A stretch of 64,000 bases of DNA, taken from positions 8,122,001 to 8,186,000 of the forward strand of contig JBHGNT010000008.1 of assembly GCA_043228905.1 (NCBI GenBank). Reading direction: 5' to 3'. The stretch is from Azolla caroliniana. Its lineage: Eukaryota > Plantae > Polypodiophyta. Under the pieces are notes generated by a model, which saw only the letters and a list, made by a program, of their open reading frames with translations, ran no database searches and had not been told where the DNA came from. The position numbers and the translations under genes are program-made. Shown here piece after piece: positions 57,901 to 64,000 of the stretch; position 1 is the first letter of the stretch, and each line of letters opens with the position of its first letter.

Positions 57901-58554
57901 CTATTTTCTTCTTATTTTGAACCTTGAACTACCTCATCAGATTTTTCAGAGCCACCAACACTCACTTGATGTGAAGATCTTCCTCTTTCTTACACTCACT
58001 TGATCTTGAGATCTTCCTCTTTATGACGCTACGGATCTCTTACCTTGCTGGTCCATCGTGTCATAGCTATGCTTTGCATCACTCTCTCACAGTGAGCAAA
58101 TAGACACGTAGAGAGGGAGAGAACGAGGGATTAGTTAGGGATTAGTGATGGAGCGGGAGAGGGAGGGAGGGAGGGAGAGAGTGACCTCTTCTCAAGGGAG
58201 GTCGGCCGTTCGGGCATGTCAAAAGTGTTGTTGGGGTGGGGGGTAAAGCCTAGAATGGCTTCACCCCCCTCCCAAGGGGGTTACGTTAGAGAGAGAGCAA
58301 GAGAGAAAGACAACTAGGAAATGACACAAAATGAGAGGGGAAAAATGTATATCCATTACTTGCCCCATAAGGGGTTTATATAATACATAATGTAACGATA
58401 AATAGTGACCGTTACAAAAGAGACGACCGTTACACTCTTGTCACATGCACATAATTGTGCATGTGCTCACACATACTCATTTACTTTACACATACACATC
58501 AACCACATCATTACACATACCCTTATGCCTCCCCGTATATTCATACGGGTAATA
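54951..58554 (-). mobile_element. Element E: non-autonomous LTR element (329-bp LTRs 54951-55279 and 58226-58554) carrying a host gene fragment
   Basis: Near-identical LTRs; TSD CTTAG; no gag or pol. TGGCACGCCTGTGGGA at 55282-55297 and a degenerate opposite-facing site at 58211-58221. Strand assigned by analogy with A-D. Confidence 0.9.
56765..57555 (-). pseudogene. CSLC: Captured C-terminal fragment of a cellulose synthase-like C (GT2, xyloglucan backbone synthase family) gene
   Basis: Minus-strand translation across frameshifts: [27 protein letters not shown] (QxxRW region), [72 protein letters not shown]. These are CslC motifs in the correct order. Confidence 0.9.
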
Positions 58555-58576
58555 CTTAGGCATCGCATGAGGGCAA

Positions 58577-59232
58577 TGACGTGAAATATGTGGATTAATC
58601 TCTAGCCACAACCGAAGCATAGAACACTTGATGACAATCAAAACACAGACGAAATGGGAATGGAGGAAAGTCGACAAAAAAACAGAAAGAGAATACATAG
58701 GATATTAACGTGGAAAAACTTGAGAGGGAAAAACCACGGGAGTCCACAGACTCCAAACTATCACTATGCCAACAATTACAACAGGGAGCACAAAGGCAAC
58801 GACCTCCTGCTCACGATCTTCGCCCGACGGCGGTTACAACAAAGACATGCTCTGTATCACGTTCTCTGTCTCTCTCTCTGTACAATCGTTACACAAAAAT
58901 TACACGCACACACTACTGAGTTTTCCCTAGGTCATATTTATACTAATATGACTTTTGAACTATTTACAAATATAGCCCCAATGGGCTCTCTGGAACATAT
59001 TTACATAATGAGAGGTTCCCATCGGGCCTGCAACATCCGGTTCTCACCGGGTCTTCCTTGCTGGGTACTCGTCATCCGGTTCTTACCGGGTCTTCCATTG
59101 CCGAGTACTCGACATCCGGTTCTCACCGGGTCTTCCGTTGCCGGGTACTCCACATCCGGATTCGGCCTCGGCCGAGTGGCTCATCAACACTGTTCTTCTC
59201 ACTTCCCATCCGGAGGGACCTATTTCCTAACA
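58577..59232. mobile_element. Solo LTR (656 bp, probably Copia) with three copies of a ~40-bp tandem repeat at about 59034-59160
   Basis: TG...CA with TSD GGCAA; removing it restores the host frame GFIHPCPHAMPK. Confidence 0.85.
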
Positions 59233-59881
59233 GGCAAGGGTGTATGAAGCCGTATTCATGAAGCACACAGGCTACTTCTCGAAACATGGCATCTTCGTCG
59301 CCCTGTGTCCAGTACGCTTTGCTGGCGAGGGAGTATTCGTCGGAGAACTTTTTGAGCGTCTCTCGGGAAGGATTCTCGATGGAGAAAAGCCCTCCCTCTA
59401 GTAGATCGATGAGGGCTCGGATAGCATCCTTCGTGATTTCATCAAGGTCGATTTTCTGCACGACCTTTTCCGGTTCTTCATGAGGAGGTGCTTCGACTAA
59501 CCTTAGGAAACCCTCCAATCCATTCTAGGTTAACCACTTCTTTGTCGTTTCAGAGACTGCCATTGGTGAAGGGTCGTTGTCGGTTTTGCTTATGCTAGGG
59601 ACCTTTGGCGCGTCGGTGCTTCCTTTTTGTGCGTGTTTGATAACCTGTATCCGCTCTGCTCTCTATACGCCTTGTTTTCGCGAAATGAAAACACTTCTAT
59701 GATGCGGATGTTTTGTGTCCCCATTTTGCCGCCTTTTCTTGGTTCCCGTGCATGCAGTCGTGTGCCATAATAAGGGTTGTACGCCGCATGGTGCGCTTTA
59801 AATAGCTGACGTCACGCCGTTTCGGGGTGTCCATTCATTTTTTTTCTTATTTTTTTAATTGTTTTGTATGAAGAAGGCTTA

Positions 59882-62800
59882 TCATATTCCCGTAGTAATA
59901 GGCATTGTCGGATCCAGTTTAAGTGCCTCAGGGTTTCCGGATATCTGGTTACCGCTCCTGGTTTCCACTCCGTCATCTTGTTGCTTGAACGGATTTCGTG
60001 GCATCGGTCCATGATAAGGTTTCAGTCGGAAACCGTTTACCCATTTCTCTAGGATTTCACCGGCCAACGTTCCTAATTGATAGGACCCCTTGAATTCTTG
60101 TATTATCCAATCCACCGAAACCGTAGTTTTCCCAACATCTTGCCCAAGCGGGTTTGGAATACCGGTACCGCCTTGCCGATCTCGAACAACTTTTCATTCC
60201 CCTTCCGGTGCCGGTCGATGAACACTTTTCGCCATCTTCGTTCGAGCTCCAACTGGAGTACAGAAACTATCTAGTGCTCCTCCAACTCGCACAATGTTAA
60301 CAACCGGACTTTTTCCGATTCTTTCTCGCTCAACCTCTCCCGGACCTGTATTCGTAAACTCGGAATCTGAAACTCCATAGGCATTACTGCTTCCAATCCA
60401 AAAGCTAACCGGTTTAGGGTTTAGGGTTTAGGGTCCAGATACTTTTCTTATATGTTTTTTGATATGCCCATAGCGCCTTCTGTAGCTTCGTGTCCCAATC
60501 GGTCCGGTTTTCATTGACAATCTTCCATAGAATATTCTGAAGTGTCTTGTTGGTGGACTCCGCTAATCCGTTGGCCTGCGTGTAGTATGGTGTATTGTGC
60601 TTGTGCACCATTGCGTAGAATGTCGTTAAGCCCTCCACCACTTGTCCGAGGAAGTGTCCACCCTGGTCGCTAATCAGCTCGATCGGACATCCGTAATGGC
60701 ACCAAATGTGCTCATATGGAAATTTTGATGTTGATGTTGCGGTATTATCTATAAGTGTTTTTGCTTCCACCCACTTCGTGCAATAATCCATTGCAACAAT
60801 AATATACTGGTTACCGGTTCTCATCGCTGGTGGTTTGAATGGCCCAATGAAATCCAACCCCCATTTTTGTAAGGGATCCAACGGTAACACTAACTGATGC
60901 GGCATCCTTGCTTTCTCCATTGGTTGGCCCATTCTTTGACAGAGGTCGCATTCCCTTCCATACCGGATGGCGTCATTTAGTGTTGTGGGCCACCACAATC
61001 CGCTTCTCCATATTTTCCTTGCCGTTGCGTCTCCGGCATAGTGGCCTCCTGCCACTCCACAATGAGCTTCTCGTAGGATTGCAGCTTTTTCATCGCTCCG
61101 AACCGCATGTCGCCAAATCCCGTCGGCTCCTTTATGGTATAATGTGTCCTATAGTAAACAAAAGTAACGGCTTTGTACCTCCAACCGTTTCCGCTCGTCT
61201 CGGTTTAAATCCTTCGGAGGCAGTCCGAAGCTCAGAAAATGATGAATATTTGTAAGCCACTTGTCTTCATCGGCCACCGTCTCGTCCACCGTCTTTTCCG
61301 CGGTTACCTTAAAAAGTTGCGCATCCGGAAACTCGTCCCAAACTCCGTTGCCTACCTTCCTGGATTCTAACTGGCTCAAGAAATCTGCTACTGTATGTTG
61401 CAGTCCCGGTCTGTGGTAGATGTCGAATTCGAACTCCTGTAATAGCAGAGTCCACCGTGCTAGCTTGCCGGTTAAGGGTGACTTGAAGACCAAGTAAAGC
61501 AAAGCTAAATGATCCCAGAAGGTAGTGGCGGAACTTCATTACACTGTACACCATCCCCAAGGCTTCTCGTTCTGTAGTCAAGTAATTTTGCTCTGTTGCG
61601 AGAGCTTCCTACTAGCATAATAAACCGGCCAATACCACCATGGTTGGGTGAGCTGCATGAGAACATTGTTGATGGCGATGTCGGATGTGTCCACAAGCAC
61701 ATGAAATTCCTTAGACCAATCCAGAGGTTGTACCACTGGTGCCTGTGACAACATCACTTTCAACGCATGGTATGCCCTGTCCTCTAGCTCCGTCCATTGG
61801 AATGGGATTCGGTGTACGGCTATATGTAAGGGTGTCACAAAATCGGCCAAATACCAAAGCATCTGGCTGTGCCACCGAATCTGGCCTAAAAACCGACTTA
61901 GTGCTTTGGCATTTGCTGGTGGTGGTGCTCCCAAAATTGCTTTTACTTTATCCGGATCAACCGCAATGCCCTCTTTGCTCATGATATGTGCTAATAATGT
62001 TCCACTCGTCACACCGAACACACATTTCGCCGGGTTCAGGCTCAACCAGTACCCCCTGGCACTTCTCTAAACATAACCGGAGATGTTCTAGGTGTTCCCT
62101 TTTTCGCCTGTATACTGCAAAATAATTTAGGAACACCTGCATGAATGCCGGGATGAACTCTCCAAATATCTCCATAATGATCCGCTTAAAAGTTGTTGGT
62201 GTTGTCTTTAATCCGAACATCATTACTACCGTTACGAAGACTCCCCATTCCGTAACGAACATTATCTTCTCCTGGTCTTCCGGTCGCATCTGAATTTGGT
62301 TGTATCCACTAAATCCGTTGAGAAAGTTATATACCTCATGCCCGGTTACTGCGTCCAAGACTCCATCTATAAATGGGAGTGGAAACGCATTTGTGACTAT
62401 TGCGGCATTTAATTTCCGGTAATCCACACATACCCGAATTTTTCCATTCTTCTTGGGAACTACCACAATCGGGCTTAGCCATGTTGCCTGCTTCACCGGC
62501 CAGATAAAACTGACTCGAAGTAATTTGTCGATTTCTTCCTTTACTTTGGCCGCATAGTTTGGATTCATACGATATCGTCTCTGCGCTACCGTTTTTGCAT
62601 CCTTGCTCATGTGGATCTGGTGTTGATATAGTTGGGGGTCCAATCCTCGCATGTCTTTGTATGACCATGTGAATACGTCTCATAATTCTTTTAGTAGTGC
62701 CACCATTGCCGATTTTTCTGCCGATGGCATTTCTTTTGCCACGTTTACCGATTTGGACTCTTCCCCAGTTCCTAGGTTTACTTCCTCCAACTGCGACACT

Positions 62801-62975
62801 TTCACTCGTTGCTATACTACCATTTCCCGGTCCAGGGTTTCTTGGGCCTGTCGTAATTCTCAGATGGCGTCCCGATCTGGCTCCTTACCGACTTCTTCCG
62901 GTTGCACGATATATGGGGTGATTGCTTCTGCAACATTCACTTCGAACAATGGGACTATCTTTGGGTGCTCATTGA
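59882..62975 (-). pseudogene. Disrupted pol (RT, RNase H, integrase) of element C
   Basis: ORF pieces 61957-62652, 61578-62045, 61149-61502, 60414-61055 and 59882-60115, homologous to element D Pol. Confidence 0.92.
60413..60433 (+). repeat. Interstitial telomeric repeat (TTTAGGG)3
   Basis: Three perfect plant telomere units inside integrase coding sequence. Confidence 0.9.
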
Positions 62976-64000
62976 TGTTGGCATAAAAGGCCAACTCCTT
63001 CCAAATTGTATCCGTCCGAGTGTGAACTCGTCAATAAGTTAGGGCATAGTATACCTAACATTGTAATGTGTGATGACAAGAAGAGTATTGTATCTCTGAG
63101 AAAGAACGAAGTAATAAGAAGCTTTCCATTAAAGCTCGATCTATTGTCTAAGTCTCGATTCACTATATTTTCTGTTTGTGTTGTTTTCTATGCATAAGAG
63201 AACAGGTCCGCATACGTATACATATATATATACATACATCAACCTTGTTGCACGGCGGCAACAAACAACAAAAGAAGCTAAGAGGAAAAGGTTAGGTTAG
63301 AAATCTTACTTTCATAAAAAGGAATATGGCTTCAACATCCGGAATAGGAGTTGAAATCAGAAAGTTCGACGGCAAAAACATTACCCTATGGAAGTAGATG
63401 ATGCAGGATGTGTTGATCATCCGAAGACAAGTTGAAGCCATTCGGCACAATGAAAGTCCTACTTTGATGACAGCAGAAGAGTGGAGATCAATGGACGAAA
63501 TAGCACCATCCACCACCCGAATGCACCTAGCCAAAAACGTCTACTTGAGCATGGCAAAAGAGAGGCCGTCTATGAGAAGAAGTCCGCATCTTCGAAATTA
63601 ATTTTGATCAAACAATTTTTCAATATGAAGATGAAAGAGACTGATCCAGCGACCTCCCACATCAACACCTTCAGTCGGGTGTTGTCTGAGCTCTCTTCAC
63701 AAGGGATCAACTTCGAAGAAGAAGTGAAAGCCCTTGCCCTCCTATCAAGCTTGCCGGTGAGCTGGGAGGTATTCTGCATGACATATGCCAATAGCCGACT
63801 AATCCTAAACTTGGATGAAACAATCGGCCAAGTCCTCACAGAGGACATCATGCGAAAATCAATGGGACTAACTATCGATGAGTCGGCAGAAGCCCAGCAC
63901 TTGACCAAGTCATTCGACCGACAGAGTCAAACGAAAGAACAATCTGACAAAACCGGTCCACACTACAGCCGATCGAAAACAAGGGGAGACCGACAACAGT
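62976..64000 (+). mobile_element. Decayed Copia element, 5' part (LTR start at 62976, gag pseudogene from 63326); runs off the window
   Basis: Host pol homology stops at 62975, then TGTTGGC. MASTSGIGVEIRKFDGKNITLWK*MMQDVL and later EEVKALALLSSLPVSWE are Copia Gag motifs. LTR end and PBS not resolved. Confidence 0.8.

Larger units (their letters stand above)
31573..62975 (-). mobile_element. Element C: old extra-ORF Gypsy element hosting nested insertions; pieces 31573-32404, 41799-43160, 54432-54950, 58555-58576, 59233-62975
   Basis: The pieces rejoin across TSDs into partial 3' LTR (31573-31848), extra ORF and pol, in collinear order. Confidence 0.8.

Noticed and set aside
58150-58182. Purine run GAGCGGGAGAGGGAGGGAGG as the PPT of element E
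   Set aside because: It lies about 45 nt from the LTR, with a degenerate PBS-like motif in between, and has no counterpart in B or D.

Overview
Eukaryotic, land-plant-type heterochromatin (TTTAGGG repeat, a CslC fragment, plant tRNA primer sites; a non-seed plant such as a moss is my inference). There is no intact host gene. The window is a deep nest of transposons that can be unpicked by LTR pairs and target-site duplications (TSDs). It holds: (i) a head-to-tail array of a 3192-bp miniature Gypsy-type element (gag + protease + catalytically deleted RT) sharing LTRs, inserted in a Copia gag; (ii) two decayed tRNA-Trp-primed Gypsy elements, one split by a 6.7-kb TIR element full of CA/TACA microsatellite; (iii) five members of a non-chromovirus Gypsy group whose coding members carry an extra 3' coiled-coil ORF, one near-intact (32405-41798); (iv) solo LTRs, small poly(A) retroposons and Copia remnants. 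The most unusual signal: all five members of group (iii) have no polypurine tract at the 3' LTR. Instead a copy of a tRNA-Arg 3' end (an inverted primer-binding site) sits exactly 2 nt from that LTR, and the three complete members also have a PBS at the 5' LTR. This suggests both DNA strands are tRNA-primed. A non-autonomous member carries a captured, apparently intronless CslC glycosyltransferase fragment. All comparisons were made by eye; family and tRNA assignments are from recall and need database confirmation.
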